This document shows positions 1 to 10,700 of a DNA stretch of 64,000 nucleotides, piece after piece (positions within the stretch are counted from its first letter, which is position 1; the number at the start of each line of letters is the position of its first letter). Source of the DNA: an uncultured actinomycete (GTDB lineage: Bacteria; Actinomycetota; Acidimicrobiia; Spongiisociales; UBA5794); NCBI GenBank assembly GCA_942491345.1, contig CALOAN010000011.1, positions 53,113-117,112 on the forward strand, given 5' to 3'. Below the pieces are notes generated by a model. It was not told the origin of the DNA. It was given only the letters and a program-made list of their open reading frames with translations, and did not search any database. The translations under genes were made by a program, and so were the position numbers.

Positions 1-955
1 TCATGGGTTTTTTCGTGGTCAGGGATTCCAGGCTGATCTCCATATCGGATATCCAGCTTTTGTCCCATTCTTCGCGCGGTGGAAAATCCCAGGTGTCCTT
101 GGGCACCAGAAACCCTTTGACAGCACAAAAGGACATGATGGCCATACCGACCAGGGCCCCGATCAGGGAGGGGAACTCAGGACCTAAGAAAACACCGGTA
201 AAGACATAGGGAATGGTGAAGGCCACGCCACCCAGCAGGGTAAACGGCAAAATGGAGAGCCCTTCGGTCCAGGATTTATTCTTGCCGAAGAAGCGGGTCA
301 TCATGACCACCATGAAGGTCGGGATAAGGGTACCGCAAATGGCGTGAATGATGGCGCTTTGGGCCGTTATCAGCTGCAGGTAATCCGTGAAATTCATGCC
401 GACCTGAGCGAGTTGGGCGGTCAGTTCAGGGCTTTCCAGACCGCCTTTGACACCGATCAGGATGGGGGTACCCACCGCGCCGAAGGTCACCGGCGTGCTC
501 TGGATCATCATCCCGATCATGACGGCCGCCATTGCCGGGAAGCCCACCGCCACCATGAGGGGTGCCGCGATGGCGGCCGGCGTGCCAAAGCCGGAGGACC
601 CCTCGATGAAGGCGCCGAACAGCCACGCGATCAGCACCAACTGAACCCGGCGATCCGGGCTGATATCGGCGAAGCCGGAGCGAATGGCAGTAATGGCGCC
701 CGAATGTTTAAGGGTGTTGAGGAGCAGAATGGCCCCGAAGATAATGTAGAGGATGTTGACCGTCAGAAACAATCCCTGGATGGTGGAAGCGACAACACGC
801 ACCGTATCGACTTTCCAGAAGGCGATGGCCACCACGACGGCCACCACGTAGCAGATGGGCATGGCCCGTTTGGCGGGCCAACGGAAACCGACCAGCAGCA
901 CGGCAGCGGTCAAAATAGGCAAGACGGCTAAGAACGATTGAAGACCAAGACTCAT
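1..955 (-). CDS. lctP: L-lactate permease (LctP family), 3' end beyond window edge
   Basis: Absent from the ORF track because there is no stop in the window. Manual translation from ATG 955 (RBS AAGGAGG): MSLGLQSFLAVLPILTAAVLLVGFRWPAKRAMP...GAILLLNTLKHSGA...AWLFGAFIEGSSGFGTPAAIAAPLMVAVGFP, the typical LctP signature. Confidence 0.88.
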   Translation of the reverse strand, partial: MSLGLQSFLAVLPILTAAVLLVGFRWPAKRAMPICYVVAVVVAIAFWKVDTVRVVASTIQGLFLTVNILYIIFGAILLLNTLKHSGAITAIRSGFADISPDRRVQLVLIAWLFGAFIEGSSGFGTPAAIAAPLMVAVGFPAMAAVMIGMMIQSTPVTFGAVGTPILIGVKGGLESPELTAQLAQVGMNFTDYLQLITAQSAIIHAICGTLIPTFMVVMMTRFFGKNKSWTEGLSILPFTLLGGVAFTIPYVFTGVFLGPEFPSLIGALVGMAIMSFCAVKGFLVPKDTWDFPPREEWDKSWISDMEISLESLTTKKPM

Positions 956-1474
956 GAGGAACCTCCTTATTTTAAAATACGTCTAAAAAAAGGTGACATA
1001 CGGCTTCGGGACACAAAATCGTGAACATTCATGTTTTCTTTTCTCTTTTGCTCTCCGCGCTCAAGCTGTGGCGCTTTTAAAGCAATTACTATACCTGAAA
1101 GCCAATCTTTTTACTTTTTATTTGTTTCCAGGCAGTTAGATGTTTTTATGTCAAATCGGCAACGGAAAGATAAGCATACGCTTGCAAAATTGCGAAACGT
1201 CAATAGAAGAATATCGAAAATGGCGTTGGTTGTCGAAGAAGAACGGATCGAAAGGGGTGCGATTCAAATGGGTCTATTCAACGGACCAGTCGCCCTTGCC
1301 GAGGCTTGCCATCCGCCGGAATTGTTCCGGTCAGTACGCTGTTCGTCTTATGACTATCAAGGTTTCACATCATAATGGCGGACGAACTCATAGCATGGAC
1401 CGCTGTCGATATACTTCCTTTAAAACAGATCCTTATCCATATGGCGTATCTCAGACCCGCGATCGCGCGGGAAT

Positions 1475-1490
1475 TGGCATAGACTATGCT
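1475..1490 (+). promoter_or_regulatory. putative sigma54 -24/-12 promoter of the CoA-transferase gene
   Basis: TGGCATAGACTATGCT; GG and GC have the correct 12-bp offset; 234 bp upstream of ATG 1724. Confidence 0.5.
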
Positions 1491-1723
1491 TATCGACGAT
1501 AGCGGAGTACAGCCCTGGTCGAGAGGCGGAGATGAAACGCGCCCGGGCGGCGCTCTTTTCGATATGCTGACCATCTGCTCTAAATGGTAATTGGCCTCGC
1601 CCTAACCCGAAAGGAAGCGTTTGTCCGTCGGGCGGAGATGGCCTTCGCGAATATTGCGTGCTGGCTGGCGGGAAAACCGCAGAACAAGATTCTCTGAAAC
1701 CCACAAATAAGGGATGTTTTTTA

Positions 1724-3205
1724 ATGTCCGGACCTTATCCAACCTTATCGACCGAGGAAGCCGTAACCCATATTCAAAACGGCGATATGATTTCGTTCAG
1801 CGGCTTTACGCCTGCCGGATCGGCCAAAGCGGTCCCGATGGCCTTGGCCCAACGCGCCACCGAAGAACATGCCAAGGGACACCCCTTCAAGGTGCGTGTG
1901 CTCACCGGCGCCTCCAGTGGCTACAGTATTGATGAAGCGCTGGCCAAAGCCGATGCCATTGCCTGGCGCGGGCCCTATCAGGCGGACGGCACCCTGCGCA
2001 AACAAATCAATCGGCAGGAGGTGGAATATGTCGACATGCACCTGTCTCATCTCCCCCAGGCCGTTGCTGAAGAATTCTTATGGCAAATCGATACCGCTGT
2101 CGTGGAAGCAACCGAAATAACACCGGACGGTCGGGTGTATCTCACCACCTCCATTGGCGCCTCACCGACTTATTTAAAATATGCCAAAAAAGTGATCATT
2201 GAAATCAATCGGCACCAGTCGCTCCGATTGAGGGAAATGGCTGACATTGTGGTGATGCCGCCACCGCCCTACCGATACCCGATTCACATCTACGACCCGT
2301 TGACCCGGATCGGATGGCCCTACGCCCAGGTGGACCCGGAGAAAGTCATCGGTATCGTCGAAAGTGATGAGCCGGATCGCCTGGGTGCCTTCAACCCGCC
2401 GGATGACACCAGCCTCAAAATCGCGGCGCATGTCACCCGTTTCCTGCTCGATGAACTGCGGGCCGGCCGTATTCCGCCGCGTTTTCTGCCCTTGCAATCC
2501 GGCGTCGGCAACGTCGCCAACGGCATCATGTCTGTTCTGGGAACCCATCCGGATGTGCCGCCGTTTATGATGTATTCGGAAGTTTTTCAGAATTCCCTGG
2601 TGGATATCATGGCCGCCGGGAAGCTCCTGGGCGCCAGCGCCACCAGCCTGACCATAACAGCGGACAAGCTGCAGCAGATTATCGACAACATCGACTTTTT
2701 TGGTCCACGGATCGTCCTGCGGCCCCAGGAAATTTCAAACCATCCGGGCATTATCCGCAGATTGGGGGTCATCGCGATCAATACGGCCATCGAATTCGAT
2801 ATCTACGGAAATGTGAATTCTTCGCATCTGTTCGGTACGGATATCATGAACGGTATTGGCGGCAGCGGCGATTTTACACGCAACAGCTATATTTCCATTT
2901 TTACGGCACCGTCCGTTGTCAAGGACGGCCGATTATCGACGGTCGTCCCCATGTGCACCCACGTCGACAGCAACGAACACTCCACCCAGATCATCGTCAC
3001 GGAGCAAGGCTTGGCGGACCTTCGTGGTCTGGGCCCCGTGCAGCGCGCCAACCTGATCATCGAAAAATGTGCCCATCCCGACTATAAACCGTATCTCGAA
3101 AAATATGTCCGGGAAGCACGGGTCGGTCACATCCCTCATGATCTCGGCCGATGTTTTGAACTGCACCAAAACTTCCTGGCATCCGGCACCATGTTGTCCG
3201 ATTGA
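1724..3205 (+). CDS. acetyl-CoA hydrolase / succinyl-CoA:acetate CoA-transferase family protein
   Basis: Motifs SGFTPAG, LTGAS, YVDMHLSH, LQSGVGNVAN, YSEV (catalytic Glu) and NGIGGSGDF. Start placed at ATG 1724. Confidence 0.92.
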   Translation: MSGPYPTLSTEEAVTHIQNGDMISFSGFTPAGSAKAVPMALAQRATEEHAKGHPFKVRVLTGASSGYSIDEALAKADAIAWRGPYQADGTLRKQINRQEVEYVDMHLSHLPQAVAEEFLWQIDTAVVEATEITPDGRVYLTTSIGASPTYLKYAKKVIIEINRHQSLRLREMADIVVMPPPPYRYPIHIYDPLTRIGWPYAQVDPEKVIGIVESDEPDRLGAFNPPDDTSLKIAAHVTRFLLDELRAGRIPPRFLPLQSGVGNVANGIMSVLGTHPDVPPFMMYSEVFQNSLVDIMAAGKLLGASATSLTITADKLQQIIDNIDFFGPRIVLRPQEISNHPGIIRRLGVIAINTAIEFDIYGNVNSSHLFGTDIMNGIGGSGDFTRNSYISIFTAPSVVKDGRLSTVVPMCTHVDSNEHSTQIIVTEQGLADLRGLGPVQRANLIIEKCAHPDYKPYLEKYVREARVGHIPHDLGRCFELHQNFLASGTMLSD

Positions 3206-3427
3206 AACGCTAAACCAACGAGAGCACAAAGGCTGTTTGATTGCGCTAAAGGGATGCCTTGTCCCGCAGACCATGGCGGATTGGGATGTCGGCCGGACCC
3301 GCGATGAAAAAGGAAATCCGGCCGGTTTAGGGCGAAGCGCTTCGGGGCGGGCGTAAAAGGCGTTGTCCCGGACGGCAGCGCACGAAAATCACGGCGGTGC
3401 ATCCGGCGCCTCTGCGTGTTTGGTTTT

Positions 3428-3883
3428 CTATTCCTTTTCCTGCTGGAACACGCGTCCGGGGAAACGGACCAGTTCTTTTATACGCGCCTTCCGTATCTTT
3501 TGTTCCTGCAGATCTTTTTTTTCGAAGGCTTCACTCAACTTGACCATCAGTTCTTCCAGCTTGATGGGTTTTAGAAGATAGTCGAAGGCCCCCATTTTCA
3601 TCCCTTCGATGCTGGTTTCAACCGAGCCGTGCCCTGTCAGCAGGATCACCTCCGTCAATGGCTGATGACGTTTGATTTCCCGCAAGGTTTCAATACCGTC
3701 GATCCCCCCCGGCATTTTGACATCGAGAATGACGACGTCGATGCGCTTTTCCCCTAATATTTTCAGCGCCTCTTCGCCGCTGGTGACACCCACGGTATCG
3801 ATGTTGCGTTTTTGGAGACGTTTGACCAGTGTTTCCAGGAAATCGACTTCATCGTCAACGACCATAATACTGAAATAATCCAT
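3428..3883 (-). CDS. single-domain response regulator (REC + short C-terminal helix)
   Basis: VVDDE, VILDVKMPG, LLTGHG and YLLKP motifs; RBS GGGGAGG before ATG 3883. Confidence 0.92.
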   Translation of the reverse strand: MDYFSIMVVDDEVDFLETLVKRLQKRNIDTVGVTSGEEALKILGEKRIDVVILDVKMPGGIDGIETLREIKRHQPLTEVILLTGHGSVETSIEGMKMGAFDYLLKPIKLEELMVKLSEAFEKKDLQEQKIRKARIKELVRFPGRVFQQEKE

Positions 3884-3906
3884 ATGTGCCTCCCCGTCAT
3901 GATGCG

Positions 3907-5568
3907 TCATTTTTTTTCCGGAATGACAATCGGAATTTCAACCGTAAAAACGGCCCCCTTGTCGGGATTGTTTTTCACCTGAATGCTGCCGCCCATTTTG
4001 CTGATGATGCTGTGGCTGACCCAGAGGCCAAGGCCGGTTCCTTTGCCGGATTCTTTGGTGGTATAAAACGGGTCGAAAATTTTGCGCATTTTTTCTTCGC
4101 TGAGCCCCGGGCCGTCATCCCGGATATTCACTACGATAACATCATCACGGCGTCGACTGTCCACCTCGATCGCGCCGTTGCTGCCGATGGCGTCGATCGC
4201 GTTCGAGATCAGGTTTAAAAACACTTGTTGCAGCTGGGCCTGGTCACCGGCGATAATGGGGATCGTATCCGCCAGATCCACCTGGATATCGATATTGTTG
4301 ATGCGGGCATGATTTTCGAGAATGGTGATGGTTTGGTGAATGGTGTCATTCACATCCACATCTTCCAGGCGCGGTTCCATTTTCCGCGCGTATCCGAGCA
4401 TATTGTGAACGACTTTGCGCGCGCGCTCGACGTGTTCTTCGATTTTGGCAATGGATTTCCTGAATTCCGCGATGTTTTCACTCTCCCTGAGTTCTTCTTC
4501 CGCCAGCAGGTCTTCCAGCCAGCCCGTTTTCTGGAGGATGACGGCCAGGGGGTTGTTGATTTCGTGGGCCACACCGGCCGCCATTTTGCCGAGGGCCGCC
4601 AATTTGTCCGACTGCATCAACTGGGCATTGAGTTCGATCATTTCCTGATCGGCTTTGATCAGCCGGCTGATGGCCAGCCGGGTGGTAAAAACCGTCGTCG
4701 CCATGATCGCCAGGACGCCCAGGGTGATAATGAATATCTCCGTCTGGCGCAGGGCAAACAGACGCGACATGAGCTCCAGTGGTTGCTGGTTGATGACCAG
4801 CAGCCACTTGTTGTCGTTCAGCCAACTGCCGGCATAGAGCCGTTCTTCACCCGTTGGATCGGGCTTTTCGATGACGGTGACACGTCCCCCGAATTGAGTT
4901 GTATCGAGGCTGGTTTTTTCCAGCACGTCCCCGTCAAACCGGGGGCGGGTCTGAAAGATGCCATCCCGGTTGACCAGGTAGGCATCCCCTGTCCGGCCAA
5001 TCTGGGCCGACCGTATGATCTCCTCGAAGCGGTTGGGGTCGATCGTGGCCCTCAGGATCCAGGCCTGCTGATTTTCATGGCGGCGGACCGCGATAATGAA
5101 ATGCGGCTGACGGCGAAACCCCATATAGACGTCACTTTTATAGTGCCCTTTGACGATCACCTCGTTAAACCAGGGCTGATCGAAATAATTGCGACCCCGG
5201 AGATCGTAGGGCCCCACATAGGCCCTGTGGGTGCCGATGCTGTCGATAATTCCCAGGTCGACGAACGCGCCGGCATGGGCATTCATGACGTCGAAAATGC
5301 GCGCCAGGTTTTTTTCGTCGATCATGTGGTCAAAGGTGTGGGTATCCGCCATGGCATTCAGAATGGCCGTGCGCTCCTTTAAAAACAGATCGACCGCTTC
5401 CGCCTGAGCCTGGGCCCGGTATCGGATTTGCTCCTTGGTTTTCTCGCGGCAGGTCGCTTCGAACTGGTAGTAAAGCGTCATCCCCAGAATCAGCAGCGGG
5501 GCCAGGGACACGACCAGTGTCAGGGCGATAATTTTTCGCTGCAGATTGCGATACACCTGTTCCTTCAT
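3907..5568 (-). CDS. membrane sensor histidine kinase with extracytoplasmic Cache-like domain (HK1)
   Basis: Two TM segments, H-box GVAHEINNPL, N-box NLISNAIDA, G-boxes DDGPG and FYTTKESGKGTGLGL. Confidence 0.93.
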   Translation of the reverse strand: MKEQVYRNLQRKIIALTLVVSLAPLLILGMTLYYQFEATCREKTKEQIRYRAQAQAEAVDLFLKERTAILNAMADTHTFDHMIDEKNLARIFDVMNAHAGAFVDLGIIDSIGTHRAYVGPYDLRGRNYFDQPWFNEVIVKGHYKSDVYMGFRRQPHFIIAVRRHENQQAWILRATIDPNRFEEIIRSAQIGRTGDAYLVNRDGIFQTRPRFDGDVLEKTSLDTTQFGGRVTVIEKPDPTGEERLYAGSWLNDNKWLLVINQQPLELMSRLFALRQTEIFIITLGVLAIMATTVFTTRLAISRLIKADQEMIELNAQLMQSDKLAALGKMAAGVAHEINNPLAVILQKTGWLEDLLAEEELRESENIAEFRKSIAKIEEHVERARKVVHNMLGYARKMEPRLEDVDVNDTIHQTITILENHARINNIDIQVDLADTIPIIAGDQAQLQQVFLNLISNAIDAIGSNGAIEVDSRRRDDVIVVNIRDDGPGLSEEKMRKIFDPFYTTKESGKGTGLGLWVSHSIISKMGGSIQVKNNPDKGAVFTVEIPIVIPEKK

Positions 5569-5606
5569 AATGCCCCCCGCTTGGATTCTCCCGCGGTTGC
5601 CTTGTT

Positions 5607-7268
5607 TCAGCCGACCGTCGGCCAGGCCAGCCAGCGCCAGTAGCCGAACACCGCCCAAAACCAGAGCACGAGCCAGGCCAGGATCGTCACCGGAACCCCG
5701 TATTTTATAAAATCCATGACGTCCAGCAGGCGTTCGCCGGTTTCCGGATCGCGCCCCATACCGAAACAGATGGCGTTGTTGGGCGTTCCCACAACGAGGA
5801 AGTTCGCAAAGGATGACGAAAAAGACGTAATCAGCCCCACCTTCCAGACGCTGACATTGGCTAAGGTTGCCATGGGCAGCACGATGGGACCTAAAGCGGC
5901 AACCGTGGCGCCGTCGCTCATGAAATTGGTCATGGTGCCGGTGAGAATACTGACACCGACGACAAGCCCATCGCCTTTGGTCAGCGCATCCGGCAGCAGG
6001 TTGACGAATGAATTGGCCAGCCAGAGAGCGCCGCCGGTGAACTTGAGCCCCACCCCCATGGCACAGGCCGCCGCATAGAGTCCCACCACGTCAAACGCCA
6101 CGCCTTCCTGCAGGTCCTCCCAGGTTATGATGCGGCACACGAACATGGCCATCACGGCGTACAGCGTCGGCCCGCCGAGACCGGCATGTTCGCCGAGCAC
6201 GATCCAGGCGATCACCAACGCCACCAGGATGATGGCCATCAGCGCTTCCCGCCCCCCGAATTTGGGCATGCGGGCCACTTCGGCCTTGACGACTTCACTG
6301 GGATTCATTTCCTTGACCTGGAATTTGGGTTTGCAGCGGATGTACATGTAAGCGCCGATCACCACCGACATCAGCGGAACGAAGGGCATGCCGATTTTCA
6401 TCCAGTCGAGAAACGAAATCGGGGACCCATACTCCATTAAATAGCCCACCATGATGGCGTTGCGCCCCCCGGCCGCCGGCGACCCCGGCCCCCCGTGATT
6501 GGCGGCGAAGCAGACCCCCAGGAGCAGAAAAATCGCCAGCGCGCGATCCTTCTGGACACCGTGTATTTTGCAGGTCACCTTGTAGATCCCCATCAGCACC
6601 GGGATCAGGAGGGCCACCAGGGCATGCTCGGACAAAAAGCCAGCCGAAATCGCCAGCATGGGCAGGAACATGAAGGCAAAGGCCTTGGTGCTCTTGATAC
6701 GGCTCAATAAAATAAGACCGATGCGCTTATCGAGTCCTGTTTTGGCCACCCCCACGGCCACCGCCAGGATGCCGAAAATGAAGAAAACGGCATCTTTCAT
6801 ATACGCCTGGGATATTTCATTGATGGGCAAAATCATAAAAAGGTAGAGCAGCACCGCCACCAGAAGGTCGGTGGCCCCCAGGGGCAAGGCTTCGGTCCCC
6901 CATAAAAAGGCTGCCAGGAAAAGGATGCCCACCATGATTTTTGCCAGCTGCGCCACTTTTTCGTCGGTCAGCAGCGGTTCTTGATCGTGGTTCGTAGGGA
7001 CGGCCTGCCCTTGTTTTTCAGCCGTGAACGCTTCCGGTCGCAGTTTCTTGTTGACCGTGTCGACAATCGTGTTGCAGCCCGTCCCGAGTTTATATCCCGG
7101 CGGGTCGGCCTTGCGGACCATGTCCAGCATGCTTTGCGGCGGCGGTAACATCACGATCGCCAAAAAGACCAACCCGGCGATCAGGATCAGAATGGGTTTA
7201 TATCCCGGTCGATTTTTCCATGTCCATGCCTGTGTCGCGATTTCCTCAGTTGCCATATGATGTGTCAT
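5607..7268 (-). CDS. DASS/SLC13 family anion transporter (copy 1)
   Basis: Many TM helices; LWGTEALPLGAT, MKDAVFFIFG, VAKTGLDKRI, GGRNAIM and VGTPNNAI motifs; RBS GAGGAGG. Confidence 0.88.
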   Translation of the reverse strand: MTHHMATEEIATQAWTWKNRPGYKPILILIAGLVFLAIVMLPPPQSMLDMVRKADPPGYKLGTGCNTIVDTVNKKLRPEAFTAEKQGQAVPTNHDQEPLLTDEKVAQLAKIMVGILFLAAFLWGTEALPLGATDLLVAVLLYLFMILPINEISQAYMKDAVFFIFGILAVAVGVAKTGLDKRIGLILLSRIKSTKAFAFMFLPMLAISAGFLSEHALVALLIPVLMGIYKVTCKIHGVQKDRALAIFLLLGVCFAANHGGPGSPAAGGRNAIMVGYLMEYGSPISFLDWMKIGMPFVPLMSVVIGAYMYIRCKPKFQVKEMNPSEVVKAEVARMPKFGGREALMAIILVALVIAWIVLGEHAGLGGPTLYAVMAMFVCRIITWEDLQEGVAFDVVGLYAAACAMGVGLKFTGGALWLANSFVNLLPDALTKGDGLVVGVSILTGTMTNFMSDGATVAALGPIVLPMATLANVSVWKVGLITSFSSSFANFLVVGTPNNAICFGMGRDPETGERLLDVMDFIKYGVPVTILAWLVLWFWAVFGYWRWLAWPTVG

Positions 7269-7402
7269 GGATCCTCCTCGCCGATCTTTTTCTCCTATAC
7301 CTGGTTGTCTGTGCCGCGCATCTCCGGCGTGGCACGGCGCCTGACAGGCACCATGTCGATGGCCAAGCCCGACAATAAGCCGATCGCGTGTTCGCTATCC
7401 CT

Positions 7403-7831
7403 TCACGACATCTTTCCTTCGGGACAACGATGCCCGGCAGCCTCTGCAATCCCCACCGTTGACGACCGCAACAGCCGACCGACGGCCTCCTTGATGCGCT
7501 CCACGCTGTCCCCGGCTTTTTCGATGATGGTGACCCAGCGATCATCGTTGCGAAGCAGCGCTTCGTCATGGCGCAGATGGGTATGAAGCACGATGGGAAG
7601 CACCGGAATGCGATCCGCCAGGGTGGCTAACATCGCGGCCAGGTCGATACCGGGTAAATCGGGATCCAGAATCAGCAGATCGATGCCATCCCGGGCATAG
7701 GCCATTTTCAAAACGTTCTCAGCAGTGGCGGCCATTTTCACGCGATAGCCTTCCGCCATCAGCTCACGCAGTAAAAACATGCGCACATGAGAGTTGCGGT
7801 CGGCAATCAATATGGTGAAAAATTCTTCCAT
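7403..7831 (-). CDS. atypical stand-alone receiver-domain protein (copy 1)
   Basis: ILIADRN...DLLILDPDLPG...IVLHTH...IIEK; REC fold pattern with an altered acidic pocket. Confidence 0.78.
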   Translation of the reverse strand: MEEFFTILIADRNSHVRMFLLRELMAEGYRVKMAATAENVLKMAYARDGIDLLILDPDLPGIDLAAMLATLADRIPVLPIVLHTHLRHDEALLRNDDRWVTIIEKAGDSVERIKEAVGRLLRSSTVGIAEAAGHRCPEGKMS

Positions 7832-7957
7832 CACTTACTCCGCTATCAAAGCCGTCAGGCGAAAGGGTCTCATAATCCGTTCGTCGGCAGTGAAAAGATC
7901 CTGCGCCCGCATCACACCGGCGACTCTCCCGGAAAATTTCATTGCCGGACATCGCCC

Positions 7958-8404
7958 TCAGGAATTCGCGATAATCTCCCGCGGGGATTTCATCAGGTAC
8001 CGCATCCGGGCCACCCGTATTTTTTCCTCCATCCCCTGCCGCCGAGAAAATGCTTCCTCGGCTTTGGCGATAAGATCCTTGACATCGGTGGGTTTCATCA
8101 GATAGTCGCTGGCGCCGGATTTCAATCCATCGATGGCCGATTCCACGGTGGCGTGCCCGGTGAGCATGATGACTTCCGTCATGGGAAATTGGCGTTTGAT
8201 TTCCACAAGGGTTGCGTTGCCGTCCATACCCGGCATCTTGACATCCAGAATAACGACATGCACCATGGTCTGGCGCAATGTTTCCAGCGCCTCAGCCCCA
8301 CTGCGGGCCGTCACGACGTCATATCCCTTTCTTTCAAGCAGCTTCTTGGTCGTGGCGAGAAATCGTTCCTCGTCGTCCACCAGCATGAGTTTCATTGCTT
8401 CCAT
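7958..8404 (-). CDS. single-domain response regulator
   Basis: LVDDEE, VILDVKMPGMDG, MLTGHA and YLMKP motifs. Confidence 0.92.
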   Translation of the reverse strand: MEAMKLMLVDDEERFLATTKKLLERKGYDVVTARSGAEALETLRQTMVHVVILDVKMPGMDGNATLVEIKRQFPMTEVIMLTGHATVESAIDGLKSGASDYLMKPTDVKDLIAKAEEAFSRRQGMEEKIRVARMRYLMKSPREIIANS

Positions 8405-8491
8405 TTCACGTTCCCTCCTGATTTCCATAGGTCTTGCGTTATCCTCAGCACAGAAGGCGCATCACCCCATCGCATGCAGGATGGGGCGCCA

Positions 8492-10189
8492 CTATGCATC
8501 TCTGGTATCGGTCGTCGGCAACCGAACCGTAAAAACAGAACCACGCCCCTGATCGCTTTTCACTTCCATGGTGCCCCCCATGCTCTCGATGATGCCGTAG
8601 CAAACGGAGAGGCCTAGTCCGGTTCCTTCGCCCACCGGTTTGGTGGTGAAAAACGGTGAAAACACTTTGGCAAGGTTGTCCGGGCTGATACCGCAGCCAT
8701 TATCGGAGACCATGATTTCGACCCAGCCATCCGGTTTCATTACCGTGTCGATGCGCAACTCCCCGCCGGATGAGCCATGCCGGTCGAGGATGGCGTCGAG
8801 GGCGTTGTTGAAAAGATTGATCAACACCTGCTGAAGCTGGGCCGGATCCCCTTGCACCGGGGCGGCATCATCCGCCACCTGCTGTTCAAGCGTGATCCCA
8901 TGGACGCTGGCCCGTTTCGCTACCATCTGAACGACTTCGGGGATGTAGCGGTGAAGGTCGATGGACTGAACGGTGGGCTCCGCCTGCCGTCCGAATTTCA
9001 AAATCGCCTGTGTAATTTGTGCACAGCGCGATATTTGAAGGTCCACCTGATCCATGGACTCCTCCAGTTCCGTTAGCGACGGCGACGGCTTTAATTCGCC
9101 TGCTTCCTTCAGGTCGGTTAAGATGGCCGCCATCAGGGACTGTTCGCTTTTTATGATCTGGAGCGGATTGTTGATCTCGTGGGCAAACCCCGCAGCCATC
9201 TCCCCCAACTCAGCCAACCGGCTGGCACTAATGAGTTGTTGGCCGAGTTGGTCTTTCTCCGCATCGATCTTTTGCATGCGGTTCACGATACGGTTGGTGA
9301 GATAAAACGCCGCGACAATGATCAGCAAACCACCCAGCAGACAAATCAAAGCCGTGGCAAAGACCGTCGTGCGGAGGGCCTGATAAGCTTCCGCTTTGGC
9401 CTGTCGCACGAACAGAACCCAGGTGCCGCCTTTCAAGAGGGTAACGGCATACAAATAATCCCCCTTGGTAAAATAGGTGTTTTCGCTAATGGGCACTCCC
9501 TGCGGGCCATCGCGAAACCGCATGACGTCACCGGCCACATCCAACAAGTTGCCGTCTGATCTGCGGGTCGTCTGGAGCACCCCTTCCCGATTCATGATGA
9601 AGGCTTCGCCGGTTTGGCCAATTTCCACGCCTCCTACCAAGGTGTTGAAGGTCTGACTATCGATGGTCGCGCGCAGAACCCAGCGTCCCTGATCGCTGTC
9701 ACGCGCAACAGCGATGACGAAATGGGGAGACTTTCGAAAGCCCATGAAAACGTCACTGATAAAGACCCCCTGTTTGATCACTTCCTTGAACCAGGATTCA
9801 TCCTTGTAGATTTTACCGGTCAACGGAAAAGGTCCCTGATACGCCACGTGAACCCCATTGGCATCAAAAACACCCAGATCCGTATAGGCATTGGAGGTTA
9901 GCTGGAGGCGTGAAAAAATGGTGGCCAACATCTGGTGGTGGCGCAGTTCATCGAACTGGTAGGAGGCGTGAATCAACTCCAGATCACTTACCCGCTCCTT
10001 TAAAAACGATTCGATAATCTCGCGATGATCGCGTGCGATCCGCTGCATATTCTTAAGCGTGCGGGTCTCTAAAGAAACCTTGAAGTGATAGAAACCGATG
10101 AGCAGGATCAAAACAAAAGGAATGGCCGGCACGAGGATCATACAGGTCAATATGGTACGCTTAATCGAACTGTAACGATGGCGACTCAC
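8492..10189 (-). CDS. membrane sensor histidine kinase, Cache-like (HK2)
   Basis: Two TM segments, H-box GFAHEINNPL, NLFNNALDA, DNGCG, FFTTKPVGEGTGLGL; GTG start. Confidence 0.93.
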   Translation of the reverse strand: MSRHRYSSIKRTILTCMILVPAIPFVLILLIGFYHFKVSLETRTLKNMQRIARDHREIIESFLKERVSDLELIHASYQFDELRHHQMLATIFSRLQLTSNAYTDLGVFDANGVHVAYQGPFPLTGKIYKDESWFKEVIKQGVFISDVFMGFRKSPHFVIAVARDSDQGRWVLRATIDSQTFNTLVGGVEIGQTGEAFIMNREGVLQTTRRSDGNLLDVAGDVMRFRDGPQGVPISENTYFTKGDYLYAVTLLKGGTWVLFVRQAKAEAYQALRTTVFATALICLLGGLLIIVAAFYLTNRIVNRMQKIDAEKDQLGQQLISASRLAELGEMAAGFAHEINNPLQIIKSEQSLMAAILTDLKEAGELKPSPSLTELEESMDQVDLQISRCAQITQAILKFGRQAEPTVQSIDLHRYIPEVVQMVAKRASVHGITLEQQVADDAAPVQGDPAQLQQVLINLFNNALDAILDRHGSSGGELRIDTVMKPDGWVEIMVSDNGCGISPDNLAKVFSPFFTTKPVGEGTGLGLSVCYGIIESMGGTMEVKSDQGRGSVFTVRLPTTDTRDA

Positions 10190-10283
10190 GAGAAGGCCCT
10201 TTCCCGCGTGTGATTTATTCAGATGCCATCATGGTGGCAGTGATCGATAATGCATGTCACACAATTGCTTCTCTTTTCGTTAA

Positions 10284-10299
10284 AGCAATAGATATGCCA
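10284..10299 (-). promoter_or_regulatory. sigma54 -24/-12 promoter (island unit 4: HK2-RR-REC*-DASS1-HK1-RR)
   Basis: Minus strand TGGCATATCTATTGCT; identical to the motif at 15801-15816. Confidence 0.82.
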
Positions 10300-10396
10300 T
10301 CCAATTTGACAGACTTCACCATGGCGCAACTATTCGTTTTTGTATGGGTTATTTTATTTTTACTACAGGCTGTGGTGTTCCCATTAAACGGACGGC

Positions 10397-10413
10397 TGTC
10401 GTGAACTTTTACA
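10397..10413. promoter_or_regulatory. putative sigma54-activator upstream binding site (UAS)
   Basis: TGTCGTGAACTTTTACA, 98 bp from the promoter; matches the sites at 15912, 24253 and 27709. Confidence 0.65.
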
Positions 10414-10700
10414 CAGCGGAAAGTAATTTTTCCGGCAGGGAGGTAAGAAGCAACCGAGGGCGGTGGGATGCTTTCGCTTCACGCCGATTAGCGTTGTCGG
10501 GCGTATCCGCACTTCTCTTTTGATCTTGGCACAGCGATGTTGTTTTAAGGAGGGCTTCCGCAGGCAGAGTGCCGGTCGAACAGCTTGTGCAGCGCCGTTC
10601 GGCCGGCAACGGTTTGGCTATCTGACAGGAATGGGGCCCGGCTCAGATGATGCCACGGCGGCCACGTCCAGATGGCGTGGCATGTCGCGCAGGGCGGGTA

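Noticed and set aside
1031-1502. ORFs in the lctP/CoA-transferase spacer, one containing QMGLF (clamp-motif-like)
   Set aside because: No convincing RBS or family features; a five-residue match is expected by chance.
7270-7402. Possible remnant of a deleted CBS gene in module A (same GAAGGA...GTGA overlap, then an immediate stop)
   Set aside because: The remaining sequence shows no similarity to the CBS protein in any frame.
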